DNA of 64,000 bases, taken from assembly GCA_017656135.1 (NCBI GenBank), contig JACDOJ010000002.1:65120-129119 (forward strand), in the 5' to 3' direction. The position numbers were made by a program, and so were the translations under genes. Each line of letters begins with the position of its first letter. Position 1 is the first letter of the stretch. Source of the DNA: Bacillota bacterium (lineage in GTDB: Bacteria > Bacillota > UBA5301). The notes beneath the pieces are model-generated. The model was given only the letters and a program-made list of their open reading frames with translations, was not told the DNA's origin and ran no database searches. Below, in pieces: positions 1 through 8,865 of the stretch.

Positions 1-2
1 CT

Positions 3-617
3 GCCCTGGCTTCCAGCTCCCTTCTGCCTGTGCCCGAATGTTTCCTGACTGTCCACCTCTCGGGGGGAACCAGTGAACTTTTGCTGGTTAAAAGGGAGGA
101 AACAGCTGCATCAGGACTGAAAATTGAGATGTTAGGCCAGGCCACAGATTTGAACGCCGGCCAGTTTGTGGACCGGGTGGGGGTGGCTCTGGGTCTGCCC
201 TTTCCAGCCGGCCCGGCTTTAGAGGAATTGGCCCAGGGAGCCCGTGGCGTCCTTCGCCTCAGCACGAGACTGATCGGGCTTAATCCTAGCTTTTCCGGTC
301 CCACTACTCAGGCCCTGCGCCTTATCGAAGAGGGCTGTGACCCCAAAGAGGTTGCTCTGGCCGTTCAGAACGCCATCAGCAAGGTCTTGGAGAAGTGGTT
401 GCTCAAAGCCCAAAAAGTGACCGGGGTCAACCAGGTCCTTTTGAGCGGCGGGGTGACTGCGAATAGATACATTCGCCGGAGATTAGTGGACCGACTGGCC
501 AAACGGGGAACAGGCCTTCGAGCCTACTTTGGCCAGGCGGCCTACAGCGGGGACAATGCCGTGGGCCTCGCTGTCTCCTACTGGTTTCCCAATTTACCCA
601 CAATCAGCGCAGACTAG
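3..617 (+). CDS. TsaD/Kae1-family (O-sialoglycoprotein endopeptidase-like) protein, 5'-truncated by the window edge
   Basis: Motifs LSGGTS, TDLNAGQFVDRVG..LGLPFPAGPALE, SFSG, LSGGVTAN and DNA. Frame is open to the window start. A TsaD paralog commonly precedes xseA in Clostridia. Confidence 0.8.
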   Translation, partial: ALASSSLLPVPECFLTVHLSGGTSELLLVKREETAASGLKIEMLGQATDLNAGQFVDRVGVALGLPFPAGPALEELAQGARGVLRLSTRLIGLNPSFSGPTTQALRLIEEGCDPKEVALAVQNAISKVLEKWLLKAQKVTGVNQVLLSGGVTANRYIRRRLVDRLAKRGTGLRAYFGQAAYSGDNAVGLAVSYWFPNLPTISAD

Positions 618-625
618 GAGTTGTC

Positions 626-1990
626 ATGGAAAACTTCGACCAGAAGATATACACTGTGCTGGAAGTCAACCGGTTGATTAAGCGGGAGTTAGAGGCCTCC
701 CCCTTATTCCGCAGCCTCCTTGTCCGGGGCGAGATCGCCGGTAAAGTGACCCTGTCCCAGAGGGGCCACCTCTATTTTGACCTCAAAGATGAGGCCAGCC
801 AGATTCCGTGTGTGATGTTCAGTTCCTACCTGCAGAATTATGAGTTCGGTACCTTGGAACACGGGATGAAAGTGATCTGCTCGGGCTCAATCACGGTTTA
901 TCCCCAAGGGGGGAAGTACCAGCTCAGGGTGGAGGAGGTCTTTCCCGAGGGGTTAGGTCGGCTGTACTTAGCTGCGGAGGAACTGAAGAAGCGGCTGAAG
1001 GAGGAAGGCCTGCTGGACCCGGAGCGAAAACGCCCTCTCCCCAAACATCCCAAGCGTATTGGGGTGGTGACCAGTCCTGTGGGGGCGGCCATCAGGGATA
1101 TCGTCACGGTAGCCCGCCGACGCTACCCCAATATTGAGATTTTGCTTTCGCCCAGCCTGGTTCAGGGAGCCAAAGCCCCGGCCAGTTTGGTTGCGGCCCT
1201 TAAGAATCTGTACACCCAGTCTGATATTGATGTGATTATTATTGGCCGGGGTGGGGGATCCTTTGAAGAGCTGAACGCCTTCAACCACGAGGATGTGGTC
1301 AGGACCATCGCAGCCTCTCCGGTTCCGGTGGTTTCCGCTGTTGGGCACGAGACCGATTACACCATTGCCGACCTGGTGGCTGACCAGCGGGCACCGACCC
1401 CCTCGGCCGCGGCGGAACTGGTGGTACCCGAGAAGGATCAACTCTGTTCCCGCCTGAATGAGCTGGTTCAGAAGGCCTGTAGGGCTATGGGGCGGCGCTT
1501 GGAGCTCTCCCGGCGGGAGCTGGCCAGGCTCACCTCCAACCGGTACCTGGCCCATCCCCGCCTGCTCATCGAAGATGCCGTCCAAAAACACGATGAATTG
1601 GAGATCCGCCTTTTGCGCTATGGACCGGCTGCGGTGATCAAGTGCCGGCCGGAGTTAACTCAGGTTATGCACAGACTGCAGGTGATCATAAGGGCGTTGA
1701 TTAGGGAATCCCGGAGTCTAGTTGAACACACCAGCAAAGACCTGCAGAAAATTGCCTGCCAGCTGCTTAAGGGACTACGCACCCAGTTCCAGGGTGCCGC
1801 GGGCAAACTGCAGGCTTACAGCCCATTAAAGACTCTGGCCAGGGGATACAGCGTCTGTCAGGATCCGGTCACGGGTAAGGTGATTACAGCTGCAGGTCAA
1901 GTTAGCCGCGACCAGGAGCTGATAGTGAAGCTGGCTTCCGGCAGTCTGGATGTGACTGTGCGAGAAACCTACGGGGAGGAAACAACGTGA
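626..1990 (+). CDS. xseA: Exodeoxyribonuclease VII large subunit
   Basis: N-terminal OB fold (GHLYFDLKD), IGRGGGSFEEL, SAVGHETD, APTPSAAAE, SPLKTLARGYS. Confidence 0.97.
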   Translation: MENFDQKIYTVLEVNRLIKRELEASPLFRSLLVRGEIAGKVTLSQRGHLYFDLKDEASQIPCVMFSSYLQNYEFGTLEHGMKVICSGSITVYPQGGKYQLRVEEVFPEGLGRLYLAAEELKKRLKEEGLLDPERKRPLPKHPKRIGVVTSPVGAAIRDIVTVARRRYPNIEILLSPSLVQGAKAPASLVAALKNLYTQSDIDVIIIGRGGGSFEELNAFNHEDVVRTIAASPVPVVSAVGHETDYTIADLVADQRAPTPSAAAELVVPEKDQLCSRLNELVQKACRAMGRRLELSRRELARLTSNRYLAHPRLLIEDAVQKHDELEIRLLRYGPAAVIKCRPELTQVMHRLQVIIRALIRESRSLVEHTSKDLQKIACQLLKGLRTQFQGAAGKLQAYSPLKTLARGYSVCQDPVTGKVITAAGQVSRDQELIVKLASGSLDVTVRETYGEETT

Positions 1991-2274
1991 AGGAAAAAGA
2001 TTTTAGCCAACTATCCTATGAAGAAGCCTTCTCTAGATTGGAAAGAATAGTTGAAGCCCTGGAAAGAGGAGATCAGGGTCTGGATGAATCCTTGAAACTC
2101 TTTGAAGAGGGCATTCAGTTGAGCTCGATCTGTAATAAGCGTCTCAATGAGGCCGAAGCCCGCCTGGAGAAGCTGGTGCAAGATGCCAGCGGCCATTTAA
2201 GGCGGGAAGAGTTTACGGTCCAACCTGAGGAGCAGGCGGGGGAGGAAAACTTTCAAGATGACCTCCCCTTTTAG
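1987..2274 (+). CDS. xseB: Exodeoxyribonuclease VII small subunit with an acidic C-terminal tail
   Basis: SYEEAFSRLERIVEALERG..LDESLKLFEEG; 4-nt overlap with xseA. Confidence 0.95.
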   Translation: MKEKDFSQLSYEEAFSRLERIVEALERGDQGLDESLKLFEEGIQLSSICNKRLNEAEARLEKLVQDASGHLRREEFTVQPEEQAGEENFQDDLPF

Positions 2275-3133
2275 AGAATACAGCGAGCTGGTAGAGAAGG
2301 CCCTGGAAAGACTCTTGCCGGCAGAAAGTCTTCCCCCTGCCCAGCTTCACAGGGCCATGCGCTACACTTCGCTGGGTGGCGGGAAACGGCTCCGGGGTAT
2401 GCTGGTTTTGGCTGGGGCAGAAGCTATTGGTGGGGACCGGGAGCAGGTCTTGCCGGCGGCGGCAGCGGTGGAGTTGGTACATGCCTACTCTCTGATCCAT
2501 GATGACCTGCCGTGCATGGACGATGATGACTTGCGTCGGGGGAAACCCGCCAATCACGTGGTCTTCGGTGAAGCCGTAGCTCTCCTGGCCGGTGACGCCC
2601 TCCTCGCCGAGGCCTTCAAGATCTTGGCCGACCTGGATAGGGTCTATCCAAGTGAAAGGGTATTGGCGGCCATTAAGAGTCTGGCCAGGGCCTGCAGTTC
2701 CCAGGGGATGGTCGGCGGCCAAGCGGAAGACTTGGCCAACACCGGCGATTTGACCCTAGCTGAGTTGGACTGGATCAATGACCGCAAGACCGGGGTTCTG
2801 ATCGTGACCTCTCTGGTTATTGGGGCTCAACTGGCTGGAGGGGGCGGGGCTGAACTTGCAGCCCTCTCCACCTACGGAACCAAAGCCGGCCGGGCCTTTC
2901 AGATCATCGATGATATCTTAGATGAAGTTGGGGATCCGGAGGTTACCGGCAAACCCAGCGGCAGTGACCGGGCCTCTGGTAAGCGGACCTATCCGGGGCT
3001 TTTAGGCATCGAAGGCGCCCGGGCAAAAGCCGCCCAGTTAATTGAGGAGGCCAAGGCGGCCTTGGCTGAACTTCCGGGAGAGACAGGCTTTTTGGTTGAT
3101 CTTGCCGATTACATTTTAGCCAGGGACCGGTAA
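2258..3133 (+). CDS. ispA: Farnesyl/geranylgeranyl diphosphate synthase
   Basis: GGKRLR, SLIHDDLPCMDDDDLRRG (FARM), FQIIDDILD (SARM). Confidence 0.96.
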   Translation: MTSPFREYSELVEKALERLLPAESLPPAQLHRAMRYTSLGGGKRLRGMLVLAGAEAIGGDREQVLPAAAAVELVHAYSLIHDDLPCMDDDDLRRGKPANHVVFGEAVALLAGDALLAEAFKILADLDRVYPSERVLAAIKSLARACSSQGMVGGQAEDLANTGDLTLAELDWINDRKTGVLIVTSLVIGAQLAGGGGAELAALSTYGTKAGRAFQIIDDILDEVGDPEVTGKPSGSDRASGKRTYPGLLGIEGARAKAAQLIEEAKAALAELPGETGFLVDLADYILARDR

Positions 3134-3151
3134 AGAAGGTTGGAGGAGAAT

Positions 3152-3598
3152 GTGGGTTTTTTTCACTTGTTGTTCGTGGAAAACCGGGTTTTTAAAGCGG
3201 CTTTAATCGCATGGCTCTTGGCCCAGGGTTTAAAGGGGATCTTCGTTTTCATCAAGAACAAACGTTTCAACTTCGAGCGCTTCGTCGGCCCAGGGGGTAT
3301 GCCCAGCTCTCATTCGGCCTTTGTTTCCTCGATCATCGTGGGGATTGGGCTCTCTGAGGGTTGGGACCAACCCATCACCGCTCTGGCCATAGTCTTCGGC
3401 CTGATTGTGATGTACGATGCCGCGGGGGTGCGGTATAACGCCGGCAAGCAGGCGGAGATCCTCAATAAAATCGTCGATGATATTTACCACGGTGGAAAAG
3501 TCCGGGAAGATCGCCTTAAGGAACTCCTGGGGCACACTCCGGTGGAGGTCTTTGCCGGAGCCCTTTTAGGGGCCGTGGTCTCTCTCTTGCTGGTTTAA
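3152..3598 (+). CDS. Divergent PAP2 family (DUF212/YuiD-like) membrane protein
   Basis: GGMPSSHSA, VMYDAAGVR, LKELLGHTPVEV; GGAGGAG RBS before GTG at 3152. Confidence 0.9.
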   Translation: MGFFHLLFVENRVFKAALIAWLLAQGLKGIFVFIKNKRFNFERFVGPGGMPSSHSAFVSSIIVGIGLSEGWDQPITALAIVFGLIVMYDAAGVRYNAGKQAEILNKIVDDIYHGGKVREDRLKELLGHTPVEVFAGALLGAVVSLLLV

Positions 3599-3615
3599 GC
3601 GGCGTATGTTATAAT
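3587..3615 (+). promoter_or_regulatory. SigA-type promoter for ole-oapA
   Basis: TTGCTG (3587-3592), 17 bp, TATAAT (3610-3615) with an extended-10 TG. Confidence 0.8.
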
Positions 3616-3631
3616 ACCTAGCGAAATACTA

Positions 3632-4235
3632 GTCAAGGTGGCGCAGTATTCTAGTCAAAGCACAATTGCTTGAAGACGGGCCTAAAGATCCGTCAAAGGG
3701 CACATCGATGAAGTCCCTGGTGTTGGCTTTGGACGCCCAGTCCGGGGTTGATGCTGGGGGTTAAGGTATCGGGGCGATCCGTAAAGGCATACGGGCGTTG
3801 ACCCTGGTACCGCGGAGACCTAAGTGCGTGGGAAACCTGAGAGGGCCAACTACGGCTTAGGAAGAACCTGCACGCGATGCGAACCGTACATAGGATAGTG
3901 TTGGGTGCAGTGTAGCCTGCCTTGAGCGATGCTGGTGGGGAGCAGGTTCAAGTCTTTGCTGAAGGCCTAAGGCAAGGACCTTCCGCTGCTTGAAACCTTC
4001 ATCGCAAAAGAGGCTAGAGCAATTGGTGCTTTGTCGAGGAAATCTCCTAGACTGTTCCTACCGGAGGCTATGTGGGGATTGTAGTGTGGACTAAGTGGTA
4101 ATTCAGCCTGGCAGATGGTGACACTGCCATGCAGTTTTTAATGGGAAACCACCAGATCGGCGACGACTGGCAAACTGTAGGGAAATACCTGCTGGACCTA
4201 AGCCACAATCTTTACTCACATAGCTGCCACCTGAC
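3632..4235 (+). ncRNA. ole: OLE (ornate, large, extremophilic) RNA
   Basis: About 600-nt ORF-free gap between ispA/DUF212 and an OapA-like gene upstream of dxs-tlyA-nadK-argR-recN, the established OLE synteny. Ends pair (GTCAAGGTGGCG 3632-3643 with TGCCACCTGAC 4225-4235). OLE-like segments include AGTATTCTAGTCA, GCAGTGTAGCCTGCCTTGAG, GGACTAAGTGGTAATTCAG and GCTGGACCTAAGCCAC. Confidence 0.92.
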
Positions 4236-4249
4236 GCAGGAGACAAGTA

Positions 4250-4786
4250 ATGTTAAGAAGTTTCTTAACTTTAGGTTTTTGGTCCGGATTATTTGCTCTT
4301 TTCTTTAACATCATTTCTCAAACACTGCTCACACAGGTCGGCTTGGTGCCGGCTTTTATCTTATTGCTTGCTGTCGTTGCTTTCGGTATCTTTTTTGACC
4401 TCATCGGAACCGCTGCTGCAGCTGCCGACGAAAAACCCTTTCATTCCATGGCCGCAGCCCGGGTCAAAGGCGCCAGGACCGCTGTTTGGCTGGTGCGAAA
4501 TGCCGATAGGGTCACCACGGTCTGCAATGACTTAATCGGCGATATTAGTGGAACTCTAAGTGGTGCCATGGCGGCAGCCATCGTTTACCGCATCCTCCTC
4601 ATCAGACCTGGATTGTCCGAGACAGTCCTCTCCACGCTGATGGTGACTGTGGTTGCGGCTCTGACGGTAGGAGGCAAAGCCGCCTGGAAGAAAGTTGCCC
4701 TCACCTATTCCGAACAGATTATTTACCGGGTTGCGAGGGTTATCAGATTCCTATATCGAAGAGAATTAGCCAGAAAAAAACGATGA
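4250..4786 (+). CDS. oapA: OLE-associated membrane protein A (DUF21/CNNM-like transmembrane domain)
   Basis: Immediately downstream of ole; about 4 hydrophobic segments; FDLIGTAAAAADEKPFHSMAA and CNDLIGDISG (DxxxD motif). Confidence 0.9.
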   Translation: MLRSFLTLGFWSGLFALFFNIISQTLLTQVGLVPAFILLLAVVAFGIFFDLIGTAAAAADEKPFHSMAAARVKGARTAVWLVRNADRVTTVCNDLIGDISGTLSGAMAAAIVYRILLIRPGLSETVLSTLMVTVVAALTVGGKAAWKKVALTYSEQIIYRVARVIRFLYRRELARKKR

Positions 4787-4802
4787 AACGGAGGCAGTTA
4801 CA

Positions 4803-6692
4803 GTGGCCCAGTGGTTAGAGAAGATCAAGTCTCCTGCGGACCTGCGTGGGCTCAGCAGGGACGAGCTTTACGCCTTGGCAGCTGAAATCCGCCGGGAGAT
4901 CATTAAGACTACCTCCCAGACCGGCGGCCACCTGGCCCCGAGTTTAGGCGTGGTGGAGCTGACCATCGCCTTACACTGCTGTTACAACAGCCCTAAAGAC
5001 AAAATAATCTGGGACGTGGGTCACCAGGCCTATGCGCATAAACTTCTGACCGGAAGATACGATCGTTTTTCCACCTTACGCCAGTTGGGGGGGATTAGTG
5101 GTTTCCCCAAGCGGGAAGAAAGCCCCCATGATCCCTTCGGCACTGGGCACAGCTCCACCAGCATTTCTGCAGCCCTAGGCTTCGCTGAGGCCCGGGACAT
5201 GGCCGGAGAAGATTATGAGGTGGTGGCGGTCATTGGCGATGGCGCCATGACAGGCGGAATGGCCTTTGAGGCCTTGAACCACGCCGGCCACTTAGGCACA
5301 AAGCTGACCGTTATTCTCAATGACAACGAGATGTCCATCGCTCCCAATGTGGGAGCCTTGTCCAATTATTTGACCCGGCTGCGCACTGATCCCACCTTCC
5401 GCCGGGCCAAGAACGACCTGGAGTACGTGCTCCGCCGAATACCGGCCATCGGTGAGACTGTAGTCAAGGCGGCTCAGCGTCTCAAAGATAGTCTGAAGTA
5501 CTTGCTGGTTCCCGGGATGCTCTTTGAGGAGTTGGGTTTCAAGTACTACGGTCCCATTGACGGTCACAACATCGATCTACTCATCAACACCCTTAATGAG
5601 GTGAAAACTAGACAGGATCCGGTTTTGGTGCACGTCCTCACCGAGAAGGGTCGGGGCTACAGACCGGCTGAGACCGATGCCTCCGCCTTTCATGGATTGG
5701 GACCCTTTGACATCAGAACCGGAAAGAAACACAAGAACAACGAGAAACCTCGGTTCACCCAGGCTTTCAGTCGGGCTTTGGTGGAACTGGCCAAAGAGGA
5801 CGAGCGTATTGTGGCCATAACGGCAGCTATGCCGTCGGGAACTGGGCTTGAGGAGTTTGCCCGCCTCTTTCCGGGCCGTTTCTACGATGTGGGCATAGCG
5901 GAACAGCACGCCACCACCTTTGCTGCCGGTTTGGCCGCTGGGGGCTTCAAGCCCGTCTTCGCCGTTTACTCCACTTTTTTACAGCGCGGTTACGATCAGG
6001 TCGTCCACGACATCTGCCTCCAGAACCTGCCGGTGGTTTTGGCTGTGGACCGGGGCGGGCTGGTAGGCGAGGATGGTCCGACTCACCACGGGGCTTTTGA
6101 TCTGAGTTTCTTGCGTTCCATACCTAACTTGGTTCTGATGGCTCCCAAAGACGGCCGGGAGCTTCGGGGTATGCTGCGGGCTGCCTTCCGGCACCAGGGC
6201 CCGGTTGCCCTGCGCTATCCCCGGGCTAACTGCCCGGACACCTTGGAGGATGAGAGCTGGCCCAGAATTGAGATTGGCAAGGGAGAAGTTCTAGCGGATG
6301 GTTCCGACTTGACCCTGATTGCAGTAGGTTCCATGGTACAGGTGGCCGAGGAAGTTGCCGCCCGCCTGAAGCCCCAAGGCATTGAAGCGGCTGTACTCAA
6401 TGCCCGCTTTGTCAAACCTCTGGATCAGGACCTTATACTACGCTACGCCGCCAAGTCCGGCAAGGTGGTTACCCTGGAAGAAAGCGCCGTGCAAGGAGGT
6501 TTCGGCTCGGCGGTCTTAGAGCTGTTAGCCAACGCCGGGCTCACCTGCCCTACCCTCACCCTGGGGATACCTGACAACTTCATCCCTCACGGCAGCCGCC
6601 AAGAGCTCTTGGAGCTAGTGGGGCTGACTCCAGAGAGAGTGCTGGAGACGGTGACCAGCTGGCTAGGTCACCGCTGGGTGAGCCATGGCTAA
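4803..6692 (+). CDS. dxs: 1-deoxy-D-xylulose-5-phosphate synthase
   Basis: GGHLAPSLG, WDVGHQAY, GDGAMTGG, DVGIAEQH, GEDGPTH. Confidence 0.98.
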   Translation: MAQWLEKIKSPADLRGLSRDELYALAAEIRREIIKTTSQTGGHLAPSLGVVELTIALHCCYNSPKDKIIWDVGHQAYAHKLLTGRYDRFSTLRQLGGISGFPKREESPHDPFGTGHSSTSISAALGFAEARDMAGEDYEVVAVIGDGAMTGGMAFEALNHAGHLGTKLTVILNDNEMSIAPNVGALSNYLTRLRTDPTFRRAKNDLEYVLRRIPAIGETVVKAAQRLKDSLKYLLVPGMLFEELGFKYYGPIDGHNIDLLINTLNEVKTRQDPVLVHVLTEKGRGYRPAETDASAFHGLGPFDIRTGKKHKNNEKPRFTQAFSRALVELAKEDERIVAITAAMPSGTGLEEFARLFPGRFYDVGIAEQHATTFAAGLAAGGFKPVFAVYSTFLQRGYDQVVHDICLQNLPVVLAVDRGGLVGEDGPTHHGAFDLSFLRSIPNLVLMAPKDGRELRGMLRAAFRHQGPVALRYPRANCPDTLEDESWPRIEIGKGEVLADGSDLTLIAVGSMVQVAEEVAARLKPQGIEAAVLNARFVKPLDQDLILRYAAKSGKVVTLEESAVQGGFGSAVLELLANAGLTCPTLTLGIPDNFIPHGSRQELLELVGLTPERVLETVTSWLGHRWVSHG

Positions 6693-7497
6693 ACAACGGT
6701 TAGATGTGCTCTTGGTGGAACGGGGCTTTTTTGAGAGCCGGGAGAAGGCCCAGGCAGCAATCATGGCCGGGGGAGTGCTGGTCAATGGAAAGGTGCACAC
6801 AAAACCTGGCACCAAATTTCTCCCCTCTGAAACCGAAGTTGAGGTCGTCTCAGATCCTCTGCCTTATGTGAGCCGGGGCGGGTTAAAACTGGAAAAGGCC
6901 ATCAAAGTCTTCGGGATAGACCCCACCGGCAAGCACTGCCTGGATGTAGGGGCTTCCACCGGGGGGTTTACCGACTGCCTCCTGCAGCACGGGGCGGAGA
7001 AGGTCGTAGCTGTGGATGTTGGTTATGGGCAGCTGGCCTGGTCCCTGCGGCAGGACCCACGGGTCATTGTTATGGAGAAGACCAATATCAGGCACCTCCG
7101 CCTGGAGGACCTGCCCTTCGTCCCCGATGTGATTACGGTGGACACCTCCTTCATCTCCGTAACTAAGTTTTTGCACCTCTTGTACGAGTTTTTGCAGCCC
7201 GAAGGGGAATTGGTTTCTTTGATCAAGCCCCAGTTTGAGGCGGGCCCCCACCAGGTCGGCAAGGGAGGCATTGTCCGGGATCCTGGGGTCCAAAAAGAGG
7301 TTTTGGCCTCTGTTTTGGATCATGCCGAAGTGCTTGGTTTCAGCCTCAAGGGGCTGACCTTCTCACCGGTGAAGGGCACTAAGGGGAACGTCGAGTTTTT
7401 GGCCTACTTCACCAAATCAGATAAACCGGAGGCCCTTGACGCCCCCAAGACAGAACTAATTGAAAGGGTAGTCAAAGAGGCCCAGCAAGAGCTGTAG
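6685..7497 (+). CDS. tlyA: TlyA-family rRNA methyltransferase (S4 + FtsJ)
   Basis: RLDVLLV, YVSRGGLKL, DVGASTGGFTD, LIKPQFE. Confidence 0.95.
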   Translation: MAKQRLDVLLVERGFFESREKAQAAIMAGGVLVNGKVHTKPGTKFLPSETEVEVVSDPLPYVSRGGLKLEKAIKVFGIDPTGKHCLDVGASTGGFTDCLLQHGAEKVVAVDVGYGQLAWSLRQDPRVIVMEKTNIRHLRLEDLPFVPDVITVDTSFISVTKFLHLLYEFLQPEGELVSLIKPQFEAGPHQVGKGGIVRDPGVQKEVLASVLDHAEVLGFSLKGLTFSPVKGTKGNVEFLAYFTKSDKPEALDAPKTELIERVVKEAQQEL

Positions 7498-7516
7498 GAG
7501 GTTACTTACCATAAGC

Positions 7517-8413
7517 GTGACATGGGCAGTATATATTAACCAATCGAAAGAGCGGGCTTTGGATACCGCCCGTCAGCTGCAAGAGTTTTGCAAAAAGCTG
7601 GGCTACCAAACGGTGACTCCACAAAAAGAGCTGGCCAAGAAGCTGAACTTCTCTCTGGAGGAGCCTGGTAGACCTCCCCAGTGCGCTGTGGTCATCGGAG
7701 GCGACGGGACGCTGTTAGGTGCAGCTCGGCACTATGCTCCCCTGGGGGTTCCGATCTTAGGTGTTAACCTGGGACACTTAGGTTTTTTGACCGAAGTGGA
7801 GGTCTCTAGCTTTGCCGAGGCCCTCCACCGGGTGGTCAAAGGGGAGTACACTCTCGACGAACGGAGGATGCTCTCGGTTAACCTCTGCCGGGATGGGCAA
7901 ACCATCGGGACCTACCTGGCTCTCAACGATATGGTTGTGACCAGAGGGACCTTTGCCCGGATCATCACTATTGATGTTTTAATTTCCGGGCATAAAGCCG
8001 ATCGCTACCGTGCCGACGGTATCATCGTGGCCTCTCCTACAGGTTCCACCGCCTATTCCTTGGCTGCCGGCGGCCCGGTTGTAGACCCCAAAGCTGAGGT
8101 CCTGGTGATTACCCCCATCTGTCCTCACAGCCTGCGAGGTCGGGTCATGGTCGTCCCGGATCAGGAACAGGTAGAGATAAAGGTGATTCACGGCGGCGGT
8201 GAGATCATGCTCACCGTGGATGGGCAGGTCGGTTGTCCCCTAAAGCCCGGGGATGTGGTGGAAGTGGTCCGCTCAAAGCACACCACCAAATTGATCCGCC
8301 TCGCCCAGCGCTATTTTTATGATCTCTTCCGCTCACGGATTGGCGGCAAGTGTGAGGAGGATGAAGGTGAAGGCGAAGCGTCACAGGCTAATTCTGGAAC
8401 TGGTGGAAAATGA
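7517..8413 (+). CDS. nadK: NAD kinase
   Basis: GGDGTLL, GHLGFLT, PTGSTAYSLAAGGP. Confidence 0.96.
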   Translation: MTWAVYINQSKERALDTARQLQEFCKKLGYQTVTPQKELAKKLNFSLEEPGRPPQCAVVIGGDGTLLGAARHYAPLGVPILGVNLGHLGFLTEVEVSSFAEALHRVVKGEYTLDERRMLSVNLCRDGQTIGTYLALNDMVVTRGTFARIITIDVLISGHKADRYRADGIIVASPTGSTAYSLAAGGPVVDPKAEVLVITPICPHSLRGRVMVVPDQEQVEIKVIHGGGEIMLTVDGQVGCPLKPGDVVEVVRSKHTTKLIRLAQRYFYDLFRSRIGGKCEEDEGEGEASQANSGTGGK

Positions 8414-8861
8414 GGTCATCGAGACTCAGGAACAACTCACCAAACGGCTGGCTGAGGAAGGAGTCGAGGTGACCCAAGCTACCGTCTCTCGGGATATCAA
8501 AGACCTGGGTTTGGTTAAGTTGTTCACTCCTGACGGAAGGTACAAGTACGGGCTTCCCTCAGCGGAGCAGGTTACCGGTGATGCGCTGCAGCGGGCCACC
8601 CGGATTTTTCAGGAGTTTGTCACCTCTGTGGAGCGTAGCTTCAACCTGGTTATTGTCAGATCGGCTCCGGGTACAGCCAACACGGTGGCAGCTGCCCTGG
8701 ATGCACTGGCCTGGCCGGAGATAGCCGGCACGGTAGCTGGTGATGACAGTGTGCTGGTCATCAGCCGGGACGGTCGTGAGGGGAGCGAGCGGACTGAGAT
8801 CAGCAGGATGGAGGAAATTACCAGAAGGCTTGAGGAAAAATTGAACCAGCTGCGAGGGTAA
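8367..8861 (+). CDS. argR: Arginine repressor ArgR/AhrC
   Basis: TQATVSRDIKDL, GTVAGDDS; GAGGAGG RBS before GTG at 8367. Confidence 0.96.
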   Translation: MKAKRHRLILELVENEVIETQEQLTKRLAEEGVEVTQATVSRDIKDLGLVKLFTPDGRYKYGLPSAEQVTGDALQRATRIFQEFVTSVERSFNLVIVRSAPGTANTVAAALDALAWPEIAGTVAGDDSVLVISRDGREGSERTEISRMEEITRRLEEKLNQLRG

Positions 8862-8865
8862 GAGC

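Noticed and set aside
3600-4250. Gap read as a pseudogene, IS remnant, self-splicing intron, tmRNA or RNase P RNA
   Set aside because: No transposase or reverse transcriptase remnant, no interrupted gene, no tRNA-like ends and no RNase P signature. Length, terminal stem and oapA synteny fit OLE.
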